In this document: positions 10,120 to 18,071 of the stretch, piece after piece
Position numbering within the stretch: position 1 is the first letter of the stretch
Layout: each line of letters starts with the position of its first letter
Made by a program: the position numbers and the translations under genes
The notes under the pieces: generated by a model
Told to the model about the DNA's origin: nothing
Databases searched by the model: none
What the model saw: only the letters and a program-made list of their open reading frames with translations
Origin: an uncultured bacterium
Lineage (GTDB): Bacteria > UBP7 > UBA6624
DNA: 53,684 nt
NCBI GenBank assembly: GCA_964517115.1
Contig: CAZFBE010000003.1
Span: 1-53,684 of the forward strand
Reading direction: 5' to 3'

Positions 10120-10547
10120 GTTTCAAACGAATAGATTACTGGTCCATCTATGGTGTTTTCTAATTCCATAAACTCTCCAAAGAAACCTGGAAAAACTTCA
10201 AATTTTTCCATTCTTAATTTTTCACACATTTCTTGAAAAATTTTTTTTGCCCTTTCCCCTTTCATGCAGTTTGAAAAATCAGGGGTTTTTCCTTTTCCCG
10301 ACTTTCCAACGAGTGTAAAGTTTGGAACTACGAGTATTTGGGTATTTTCTTTTGGAGGAATTTTTATTTTTCCATCTTCATCACTAAATATAGCTGTTTT
10401 TTTTATTCTTTTAGTGATTTTTTCGACCTCTGCTGACCCATCATTTTTTTCTATTCCAATAACAGCAATTAATCCTTTTGCAAACTCATGCTTTTTTTGT
10501 GAGGATTTCAATTTGATATTCTTAGAACGTATTAAGATGCACTTCAT
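10116..10547 (-). CDS. dtd: D-aminoacyl-tRNA deacylase
   Basis: VPNFTL (SQFTL-like), GFFG..M and DGPV; follows rel as usual. Start reset to ATG 10547, which overlaps the rel stop (ATGA). Confidence 0.88.
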   Translation of the reverse strand: MKCILIRSKNIKLKSSQKKHEFAKGLIAVIGIEKNDGSAEVEKITKRIKKTAIFSDEDGKIKIPPKENTQILVVPNFTLVGKSGKGKTPDFSNCMKGERAKKIFQEMCEKLRMEKFEVFPGFFGEFMELENTIDGPVIYSFET

Positions 10548-12754
10548 TGATCCATGGACCTTCTTGCCTCTATAACACATTCAAGATTTTTCAGGTTGTT
10601 TAAGATGTAATTCAAGGTTGACAGGTTCTCAACTTCTATCATGTACTTTGCATAACCAAGTTCAGGCTTTACTGATTTTACTTTTGTAAATGAGTCAAGA
10701 ATATTTATGTTTAATTTTCTAAAAGTGTTTAGTACCTCAAAAAGAGATCCTTTTCTGTTTAGAAGAGTTAGTATTATTTCAGAGGTGTAGAGATTCTTTT
10801 CTTTAAGATTCCATTTTATTTGAATGAATTTTTTTGAATTTTCATTTGTTTTCCTTTTCACAATTATGTTTTCATTTTTAAGAATTCCTATGATTTTATC
10901 TCCAGGTATTGGCCTTGTTTTTTTGCATATTGATATTTTTTTATATTTGATTTTCTTGAAAATAAATACTTTTCTTTCAAGGGAGGCGTCTCTTTTTTTT
11001 GATGAAAAATTACCTTCCTTTATGATTTTTTGTTTTTCTATTACTAGCTCTCTTAATAATAAATCTATATCAATTGTTCCAATTCCAATTTTATAAAAAA
11101 GATCATTTTCATCCTGTATAAAAAAATCATTTAATACCGTACTCTTTTTAATGCTTTTTTCGTTTATTAAATCTAAATAATGAAATCCTTTCTCTTTTAC
11201 ACTGTCATAGAATTTATTTTTGCCAGATGTTTGAATTCTTTTTTTATTAAGTTTGTTTAGGTGATTTTTAATTTCTCTTTTTGCCTGTGTAGTTATTGTT
11301 TTGAAAATCCAATTTGGTTTGATTTCAACCTTTTTACTTTTAACTATTTCAACTTCATCACCTATTTTTAACTTTTTGTGAAGTTTTTTATCTTTCCCAT
11401 TTATTTTTATTTTTTTAGTTTTTGATCCTAGGTCCGAATGTATTGCAAAAGCAAAATCTAAAGCAGTGGAGTTTTTTGGCAAGCTGATTTTGTCTCCTTT
11501 TGGGGTATATACAAAAATTCTTTCTTTGAAAAAGTTTTTTTGAAGTTCGTTAACAAAACTTTTTGTTGTTTTTTCCTTGGATTTTAATCGGAATTGAAGT
11601 CTTATCTTTTCCATTTTTTTAAGATTTTTTTCTATTTTTGGACTGAGGTTTGTTTTTTTGTATATCCAATGAGCAGCTTCACCCCATTCACACACTTCAT
11701 TCATTTTTTCTGTTCTTATTTGAAGTTCTATGAATGGTATTAGTTTTGTAGTTATTGCTGTATGAATTGACTGATACCCATTGTCTTTAGGTGAAGCAAT
11801 GTAGTCATTAAAAAAACCTTGTAATGGTCGATATGTGTTGTGAACTGAGCCAAGGATTTGATAGCAGTCGCTTTTTGTTTTTGTTATTATTCTTATTGCA
11901 TAAATATCTCTAACTTCTTCAAAATTCAAATTTTGTTCAGTTTTTTTTCTCCAAACACTGTGTATGCTTTTTTCTCTACTCAGGATTTGAAAGGTGCATT
12001 TTGGAGAATTCTTTTTTATTTCTTTAGATATTTTTTTTGAAATACGCAAGAGCTCTCTTTTCTTTTTTGGGGTAAAAGTATCAATTATTTTTTTTGTTTT
12101 TTCATAATCATCTCTGTTTAGTATTTTAAATATTTCATCATCTAGAGATTGTTTTAAATTGTTTAATCCAAATCTAGAAGAAAGAGGTGAGTAAAATTCT
12201 GAACTTTCTCTTACGATACGTTCAGTTCTTGCTTTGTTTTTTATTGCATTTAAGGTGCTAAGATTGTGTATCCTGTCTGATATTTTTATCATTAATATTC
12301 TTGGGTCTGAAAATGTCAGTATGAATATTTTTTTTAAATTTTCTTCTCTAAGGTTCGATGATTTTTCTACAATATTTTTCATTTTTGTAACATTGTTTAC
12401 CAGCAAGGCAACTTCTTCTCCAAAGTATGAATTTATTTGATTTCTTGTTATCTGAGTATCCTCAAGGACGTCATGAAGGAGTGCTGCACAGATTGTTTCA
12501 TTGTCAGAAAAAACTTCTTCAGTAAGTTTTTTTGCTACTTTGATAGGGTGGTTTATGTAATTGCTTCCATCTTCTCTTTTTTGTCCTGCATGTGCAAAAA
12601 GAGAGAAGTTGAATGCATCTTTGATGAGTTTTGAATTAACTTTTTTTTTGTATTTTTTTTGCAAGCCTTTTAGCCAGTTCGAAAATTCTTTTCTCTCTTT
12701 TAAAAACTCTCTTCTTGCTGGAGATGGAATTGGAAAGAGTTTTTCATTATTCAT
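10544..12754 (-). CDS. rel: Bifunctional (p)ppGpp synthetase/hydrolase (Rel/RSH)
   Basis: AALLHDVLEDT hydrolase, REKS/DIYAIR/GYQSIHT/ELQIRT synthetase, TGS (VYTPKGD...DFAFAIHS) and ACT domains. Start reset to ATG 12754 (8-nt overlap with recJ). Confidence 0.95.
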   Translation of the reverse strand: MNNEKLFPIPSPARREFLKERKEFSNWLKGLQKKYKKKVNSKLIKDAFNFSLFAHAGQKREDGSNYINHPIKVAKKLTEEVFSDNETICAALLHDVLEDTQITRNQINSYFGEEVALLVNNVTKMKNIVEKSSNLREENLKKIFILTFSDPRILMIKISDRIHNLSTLNAIKNKARTERIVRESSEFYSPLSSRFGLNNLKQSLDDEIFKILNRDDYEKTKKIIDTFTPKKKRELLRISKKISKEIKKNSPKCTFQILSREKSIHSVWRKKTEQNLNFEEVRDIYAIRIITKTKSDCYQILGSVHNTYRPLQGFFNDYIASPKDNGYQSIHTAITTKLIPFIELQIRTEKMNEVCEWGEAAHWIYKKTNLSPKIEKNLKKMEKIRLQFRLKSKEKTTKSFVNELQKNFFKERIFVYTPKGDKISLPKNSTALDFAFAIHSDLGSKTKKIKINGKDKKLHKKLKIGDEVEIVKSKKVEIKPNWIFKTITTQAKREIKNHLNKLNKKRIQTSGKNKFYDSVKEKGFHYLDLINEKSIKKSTVLNDFFIQDENDLFYKIGIGTIDIDLLLRELVIEKQKIIKEGNFSSKKRDASLERKVFIFKKIKYKKISICKKTRPIPGDKIIGILKNENIIVKRKTNENSKKFIQIKWNLKEKNLYTSEIILTLLNRKGSLFEVLNTFRKLNINILDSFTKVKSVKPELGYAKYMIEVENLSTLNYILNNLKNLECVIEARRSMDQ

Positions 12755-14108
12755 AAATCTTCGGTTTTCTAAACCCAGATCCAAAAGGTTCATATTCTTT
12801 CATTATTTCTAGAGCCTCTTCCAACGGTAGGCCGTTTAGGTTTATCATTTTTTTATTTTTCTCATCGAAGGAAATAGAAATTTCTTCTATTATTTTTTTG
12901 GCTTTTGCATAATCAGATTCTTTTATCGTTAAGCCAAAAGCTTGAGGATGCCCCCCGATATCAATTGCTATTTTTTTTAAATTACTGATTACAAGATCTC
13001 TTATTTCACATCCGTCAGGACTTCGGGCAGAGCCTCTTAGGCATTTGTTTTCTGATTTAGAAAAAACTATACATGGAACTTGCTCCTCTGCGGACATTCT
13101 TCCTGCAATTTGACTAACATAAATTGGAGAGAATTCTTCTTCATAAAAAACATTTATTGAATTTTTTTTAATTTTTTTACCTTTTACATATCCAAACATT
13201 TTTTTTGATTCTGCAATTCTTTTCCTGTTGTAGGTTTTTATTTTTTTGACTATTTCTTTAGCCTCTTCTGGATCTTTGCAAAATAAAGAACTTACTGTTG
13301 AATGGGGGTCGTCATATCTCGGAGACGAATTCAAAGGCGTAACTGCTTTTTTCCTTATCATGAAAAGATTTTTTGAAATGTCTTTTTTATCTTCAAAGCT
13401 TAATAGATTAAATACTGGAAGGGTGCTTTCGAACCATTGTTTTATTCCACAAATTACTATTGTTCGGTTGTCTTTTTTCAATTGCACAGAATCTGCTATC
13501 GTTGCAAGCATGCATGCAACAAGGTGATTTTCAATCTGCCTGTTGTTTTTTTTAATTTTTTGGAACTCTAAGGATATTCTGAAAGCCAATCCTGCAGCAC
13601 AATAATATTTAAAATGATCTCCCTCCAAGGTTGAGTTAACACATTGATCTTTTTTTCCAAACTGGTAAGGATGATGGTCTATTGTCCAAAGGTCTATATT
13701 TAAATTATCTAATTCCCTGATTACATCCTCGTCTCTAACAGAACAATCAATTGTTATTACGATTTTTACATTTTCCAATTTTCCATCTATATGCTTCTTT
13801 CTAATGCCCGGACCATCATTGTGGTGATGTTTTGCAAAGATTATTTTTGCGTTACAGCCAAAACTTTTCAAGCAATCCAAGAGTATGGCAGAACTCATAC
13901 ATCCATCAAGATCGTTATCTCCAAAAATTATTATCCCTTCTTTGTTTTTTGCCGCTTCGAGAATCCTGTCAATAAACTTTTTTGTGTTTGGTGGGGGGGT
14001 TCTAGTTAGGTTTTCTAAAGAAGGGTTTAAGGCATGCCTATTTTCTTTTTCACTGAATCCCCAATACTCAGTTATTTTTTTTCTAAATTCTTTTTTTTTG
14101 TTTAACAT
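12747..14108 (-). CDS. recJ: RecJ ssDNA exonuclease, DHH/DHHA1 core only
   Basis: GDNDLDG, IDHH, ATIAD, RGSARS, GGHPQAFG and EPFG; canonical secF-recJ-rel position. Confidence 0.88.
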   Translation of the reverse strand: MLNKKKEFRKKITEYWGFSEKENRHALNPSLENLTRTPPPNTKKFIDRILEAAKNKEGIIIFGDNDLDGCMSSAILLDCLKSFGCNAKIIFAKHHHNDGPGIRKKHIDGKLENVKIVITIDCSVRDEDVIRELDNLNIDLWTIDHHPYQFGKKDQCVNSTLEGDHFKYYCAAGLAFRISLEFQKIKKNNRQIENHLVACMLATIADSVQLKKDNRTIVICGIKQWFESTLPVFNLLSFEDKKDISKNLFMIRKKAVTPLNSSPRYDDPHSTVSSLFCKDPEEAKEIVKKIKTYNRKRIAESKKMFGYVKGKKIKKNSINVFYEEEFSPIYVSQIAGRMSAEEQVPCIVFSKSENKCLRGSARSPDGCEIRDLVISNLKKIAIDIGGHPQAFGLTIKESDYAKAKKIIEEISISFDEKNKKMINLNGLPLEEALEIMKEYEPFGSGFRKPKIYE

Positions 14109-15002
14109 TCATTTTTTTCGCCAGTTTATGAAGGGGGTTGCAATGAATATTGAAGAATAGGTTCCTGCAATGAAACCAACTATCAGTGCTGTTGTGAAAG
14201 GTCTTAAAGTGGCTCCTCCAAAAATCTGGATTGCCAATATGGCTAAAAGTGTAGTTGTTGTCGTGTTTATTGTTCTTGATAGTGTTTGCCAAAGGCTTGT
14301 TTCAGCAATTTTAGAGAACTTTTCATTTCTCATTTTGTTCATATTTTCTCTTACCCTGTCAAAAACAACTATCGTGTCATTTATTGAGTATCCAAGTATT
14401 GTTAGGATAGCTGCTACGAAAGGAAGGCCTATTTCCACTTTGAATATAGCAAAATAACTTAAAACAAAAAGAATATCGTGAATCAGTGCGACTAAAGCTC
14501 CTTGTGCAAAAATGAAACTAAATCTGATACTGATATAGAAAAGAATTACGAGCATACCTATAAATGTTGCCAAATATGCTCTTTTTGCTAGCTCTTCAGA
14601 AAACAAGGGTCCAATTCTTTCTGAAGAAACATCCACATCTTTATCGAAGTTTTTGTATTTAGATTCCAGTAAAAGATAAATTTGATCTGGATTGGATATG
14701 AACTCTGTCCTAATTACGTAAAGATTATCGCTTTTTTGTATTTGAGGGGTCCTTGTAAGAGCCTCAGACAAAAGGTCTCTAAGCTCTGTTGTAGAGGTTT
14801 CCTCACCCAAGGAAACATGAAAAACGCTTCCTCCGGTAAATTCAATACCTAAGTTGAGTGGCAATGAGATTGTTTTTCCTTCAGTATTTTCCATTTTGAA
14901 ATTTTGTGTATTTTTGAACATTGAAGAAATGCCGAAAATGAGAAGAATTGTGCTGAAACAAATTGCAACTTTGCTAAGTTTTAAAAATTCAAATTTTTTC
15001 AT
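14109..15002 (-). CDS. secF: Protein translocase subunit SecF
   Basis: LGIEFTGG, ALIHD, GYSINDTIVVFDRVRE and TLSRTINT. Start reset to ATG 15002 (TAATG overlap with secD). Confidence 0.96.
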   Translation of the reverse strand: MKKFEFLKLSKVAICFSTILLIFGISSMFKNTQNFKMENTEGKTISLPLNLGIEFTGGSVFHVSLGEETSTTELRDLLSEALTRTPQIQKSDNLYVIRTEFISNPDQIYLLLESKYKNFDKDVDVSSERIGPLFSEELAKRAYLATFIGMLVILFYISIRFSFIFAQGALVALIHDILFVLSYFAIFKVEIGLPFVAAILTILGYSINDTIVVFDRVRENMNKMRNEKFSKIAETSLWQTLSRTINTTTTTLLAILAIQIFGGATLRPFTTALIVGFIAGTYSSIFIATPFINWRKK

Positions 15003-16261
15003 TATTTTCTTTCCCATGTTTCTATAAAAGCTCTTGTAATAACAAGGGCAGTAAATACAGAAACAGCTATTCCTATAAGCAAGGTCACAGCAAATCCTCT
15101 AACAGGCCCTGTTGCTAAAGAATACAAAACAAGACCAATTAAAAATGTAGTTACATTCGCATCAGTTATTACTGACAGAGCATTTGAAAAACCTTCTTCT
15201 ATTGCAAGTAGCCCAGTTCTGCCTGAGTTTTCTTCTTCTTTTATCCTTTCAAAAATAATTACATTCGCATCGACTGCCATTCCTATGGAAAGGATTAATC
15301 CTGCTATCCCTGGAAGAGTTAGCGTTATGTTCAGGTTGCTAAAGAGGCTAAAGATGATTACTGAAAAGAACCCTAAAGAAATAACAGCTGAAAATCCTCT
15401 TTTCTTATAGGAGAACAACATATAAAATGCTACGAGCATTAATCCTATCCACCCTGCTTTGATACTCTTTTCCAGAGAGTCTTTTCCTAGCGCTGGCCCT
15501 ACAGAAGAAAGTTTTAGTATTTCGACATCAGCATCTAGCCTTCCTGCATTGAGCAGAAGTGAAAGCTCATTTGCTTGTTCAATGCTGAAATTCCCACTTA
15601 TGCTACCGTTTCCAAAAATTGCAGAATTTATTATTGGGCTTGAAACAACATTTTCATCAAGGACTATTGTTAGGTATTGTGAAATGTGAGATGCAGTATG
15701 TCTTGCAAAAGCATCTGATCCAGACGGATTTAATTCAAAATCAACCTGCCATCCCCCATTTGGATTTGGAGAAACAGTTGCTCTTTTTAGGTCTCCACCT
15801 TCTATAACAACTTTATTTTCAGTGTATATGAGTTCACAATTTTCAAGATTTTCACTATCCCTTCTACATGCTCTTGATCCAGCTAAATAAGAAACAAACC
15901 CAGTGTCAACTAGCTCTAAATGAGCAGATTGCTCAATAAGCCTTCTGACTCTTTCAGGGCTTTCTCCTGTTGACGAAGGTACTTGAATGTTGATCCTGTC
16001 TTCAGAAACCTGCTGTACAGATATTGAAAGAGTTCCTTGTGGATCAAGCCTTTTAGACATTACATCTACAACTCCAGGCATAAGCTCTTCTAGGTTTTCT
16101 CCCGGAGGTGCAATTACTTTAATCAGTATATCAACACCTCCTGAAAGATCCAAGCCTAAATTTAAAGCAGGCGTATTGTTTGAGATCTTTGTGATTGGAG
16201 CAATACCCAAGACAAAAATAGTCCCTAATATCCATATCCATCTTTTAATTACTGTAGACAT
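15002..16261 (-). CDS. secD: Protein translocase subunit SecD
   Basis: LNLGLDLSGG, VGPALG, LTLPGIAGLILSIGMAVDANVIIFERIKEE and GPVRGFAVTL. Confidence 0.96.
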   Translation of the reverse strand: MSTVIKRWIWILGTIFVLGIAPITKISNNTPALNLGLDLSGGVDILIKVIAPPGENLEELMPGVVDVMSKRLDPQGTLSISVQQVSEDRINIQVPSSTGESPERVRRLIEQSAHLELVDTGFVSYLAGSRACRRDSENLENCELIYTENKVVIEGGDLKRATVSPNPNGGWQVDFELNPSGSDAFARHTASHISQYLTIVLDENVVSSPIINSAIFGNGSISGNFSIEQANELSLLLNAGRLDADVEILKLSSVGPALGKDSLEKSIKAGWIGLMLVAFYMLFSYKKRGFSAVISLGFFSVIIFSLFSNLNITLTLPGIAGLILSIGMAVDANVIIFERIKEEENSGRTGLLAIEEGFSNALSVITDANVTTFLIGLVLYSLATGPVRGFAVTLLIGIAVSVFTALVITRAFIETWERK

Positions 16262-16270
16262 AAGATAGAA

Positions 16271-16299
16271 ATTCTAAAATAAAAATCGCATTAATGGAA
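16271..16299 (-). promoter_or_regulatory. Putative sigma70-type promoter TTCCAT-N17-TAGAAT for the secD operon
   Basis: The -10 element ends 9 nt before the secD ATG and no SD is present, implying a very short leader. Confidence 0.5.
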
Positions 16300-16322
16300 A
16301 AAAGGGTTTTATTTTAGTTTTT

Positions 16323-18041
16323 TTAAACTTTAAGTGACTTTATGATATCTTCAGTTTTCAGGATTCCAACAACTTTCATTTCTTCCAAATTATTTACAAC
16401 TGGCAGGTTGTTTGTCGAGATTCCAGATATTCTCATCTTGTGGGCTATTTCGGCCAATGAATCATCTGATTTTACTACTAGTATTTCTTCAATTCCAGAA
16501 ACCCATTTTTTTACTGATTCGTCCATTCGTTCTTTATTGAGTTCACCATGTATATCTGCCTCTAAAGCATGCAAGATATTTTTTCTCGTTATTGCTCCAA
16601 TCAGTTTTCCATCTCTCAAAACAGGAAAGTATGTTTGATCTTTTGCCCTTACCAAGGTAGGGTTTTTAATCAAGAAGTAAACTTTCTTTATTTTTTCATC
16701 TTCGGTAACTGTAATTGGTTTTTTTTGCATTATGTTTTTTGCAATTTTTCCTTTCCTTTTCTTTTTTTCTTTTGAAATTTGATCGATTAATGGAGATTCA
16801 TATAAATTTGGAACATTAAAGAAATCCCTAGTGATAACTGCTAGTAAAACTGCTATTGTTACTGGTATAAATACCTGGCTTGTATTTGTCATTTCCCAAA
16901 TTAGTATTATCAAAGCAAGAGGTGCATGTGTTACTGATGCACATAAAGCTGCTGCTCCTGCTATAGCAAGGGAGGAGCTTATGTTCGTAAATTGAGTTCC
17001 AAAAATTAAACCCAATGCAATACCGATTGAGAAAATTGGGCCAAAATGACCTCCAGCCCATCCTGAATTTATACAAATAACAGTTATTAAAGCTTTACCA
17101 AATACATAGAAAAGAGCTTCTTTTAAAAGCGGCTGTGTTTCAAGCATCAATCCAATCTCCTGGTATCCTCCTCCAGTTAAGTTTGGAGCATATATGAGAA
17201 AGAGAAAAATGATGATACCTCCAAATGCTGGAGAAAACCTTTTTCCATAAAGTTTTTTTGAAGCCATATTTGATGAATGGGAATAAAGGGCACCAAGCAA
17301 GCCACTAGATATTCCCAAGATTGCAAAAATATACAGTTGTTCAGCTGGAACATCATCCCAAAATTGAATGTTTATAACGGGATCAAGGCCATAACTCCTA
17401 ACAACCAAGCTTGCACTTAATGAAGCTATTATCATTGGAGCTAATGCAACATGCACTTCTTCAACAAGAAGCTCAATTGCAAAAAGTATCCCTGCTATAG
17501 GGGCTCCATATGTTGCTGCTATCGCTGCAGCTGCAGAGGAGACAATCAGTCTAACTGTTTTTTTTGAACTGAGATGAAACAATCTTCCAAGCCAGGATCC
17601 AAATCCTCCAGAGCATTGGGCAATCATAGATTCCCTTCCAATAGACCCTTTTCCCAGGATGGAAAGCAGAGAAAGTCCTAGTTTTTTAAGTGAGTTATTT
17701 AAACTTAGATGTCCATGGTTTTTGAAAACAGCTTTGAGTATGCTTGAAAAACCTCTTGCCCCCCAAAAGGATGTGTTTGAATAAAGGATTATTAAAATAA
17801 TTGCAATAAATATTGGTACGTAATTAGACAAGAGAGTTAAGAGTGATTCTCCTCCTGTGTTTCTTTCTATAAAAATTGCATTTTTTGCAAAATCGGCAAC
17901 TTTTCTAAAGACAATTGAGAGATGTCCTGCAAAAATTCCCAATATTGCTGACAAAAGTAATACGAACAGTTTGGATTCCTTAAAAGGCCTTAGCCTATTG
18001 ACTAAAACATTCTCTCTTAAGCTTTTTTTTACGGTTTTCAA
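16323..18041 (-). CDS. ClC-family chloride channel/antiporter with CBS domains (divergent; TTG start)
   Basis: GSIGRES, AAAAAIAATYGAPIAGILFAIE, GGHFGP and C-terminal CBS-like repeats. Confidence 0.88.
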   Translation of the reverse strand: MKTVKKSLRENVLVNRLRPFKESKLFVLLLSAILGIFAGHLSIVFRKVADFAKNAIFIERNTGGESLLTLLSNYVPIFIAIILIILYSNTSFWGARGFSSILKAVFKNHGHLSLNNSLKKLGLSLLSILGKGSIGRESMIAQCSGGFGSWLGRLFHLSSKKTVRLIVSSAAAAIAATYGAPIAGILFAIELLVEEVHVALAPMIIASLSASLVVRSYGLDPVINIQFWDDVPAEQLYIFAILGISSGLLGALYSHSSNMASKKLYGKRFSPAFGGIIIFLFLIYAPNLTGGGYQEIGLMLETQPLLKEALFYVFGKALITVICINSGWAGGHFGPIFSIGIALGLIFGTQFTNISSSLAIAGAAALCASVTHAPLALIILIWEMTNTSQVFIPVTIAVLLAVITRDFFNVPNLYESPLIDQISKEKKKRKGKIAKNIMQKKPITVTEDEKIKKVYFLIKNPTLVRAKDQTYFPVLRDGKLIGAITRKNILHALEADIHGELNKERMDESVKKWVSGIEEILVVKSDDSLAEIAHKMRISGISTNNLPVVNNLEEMKVVGILKTEDIIKSLKV

Positions 18042-18071
18042 GTAATAAATGTTAGCATTAAGAGTTCTAAT

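Noticed and set aside
10548-12793. Longer ORF-track starts for dtd (10580) and rel (12793), and likewise secF (15017) and the ORFan (37498)
   Set aside because: Downstream ATGs give the standard 1-, 4- or 8-nt coupled overlaps and N-termini that fit the families better.
13993-13999. G7 tract near the recJ 5' end as a phase-variation site
   Set aside because: It is short, encodes in-frame T-P-P, and lies in a housekeeping gene; there is no evidence of variation.
12641-14099. A8-A9 runs in rel and recJ (and similar runs elsewhere) as programmed frameshift sites
   Set aside because: The reading frames are intact, and such runs are expected from Lys-rich AT-biased coding.
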